Below, in pieces: positions 30,320 through 30,356 of a DNA stretch of 30,356 nt. The notes beneath the pieces are model-generated. The model was not told where the DNA came from and did not search any database. It worked only from the letters and a program-made list of their open reading frames with translations. Positions within the stretch are counted from its first letter, which is position 1. Every line of letters starts with the position of its first letter. The DNA is from an uncultured Chroococcidiopsis sp. (GTDB lineage: Bacteria > Cyanobacteriota > Cyanobacteriia > Cyanobacteriales > Chroococcidiopsidaceae), in the NCBI GenBank assembly GCA_964248365.1, contig CAXTYC010000050.1:1-30356 (forward strand), in the 5' to 3' direction. Both the position numbers and the translations under genes were made by a program.

Positions 30320-30356
30320 GGGTTAGAGGCTGTTTGAAAAGTCGCTTAGGCAGTAA
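30303..30356. mobile_element. IS-like ends inserted in cas2 (probably nested)
   Basis: CAATACTTCTTGGTTAAGG followed by TTA-GAGGCTGTTTGAAAAGTC (IS1031-like TIR at a TWA target). Confidence 0.55.

Overview
Cyanobacterial chromosomal window (frequent HIP1 GCGATCGC, STRR-type repeats, cyanobacterial tmRNA tag). Core genes: DUF3318 protein, pstS, YdcF/DUF218, tocopherol cyclase, two tandem DnaJ-TPR-WD40 paralogs, ssrA, DUF4912 protein, DUF4278/PirA-like protein and class II fructose-bisphosphate aldolase. Three accessory zones interrupt them. (1) At the left edge, a membrane glycosyltransferase pseudogene is broken by an IS-like end, and that end is itself hit by a group II intron. (2) A ~2 kb decayed island lies at tRNA-Arg(CCU). 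The tRNA carries a group I intron, but the duplicated att fragment is intron-less. (3) A large island starts at a displaced tRNA-Lys 3' fragment (17178) and carries an ISAs1 element, a pyruvate oxidase-like gene, a nuiA remnant and a type I-B (Myxan) CRISPR-Cas operon with a disrupted cas2. No conventional array is in the window. Instead, four degenerate repeat-like units sit in cas intergenic regions, including a one-spacer mini-array behind a strong-SD micro-ORF, a candidate CRISPR-derived regulatory or toxin-antitoxin RNA layer. An unannotated ~105-nt structured element occurs twice. Family assignments are from motif recognition, not database searches.
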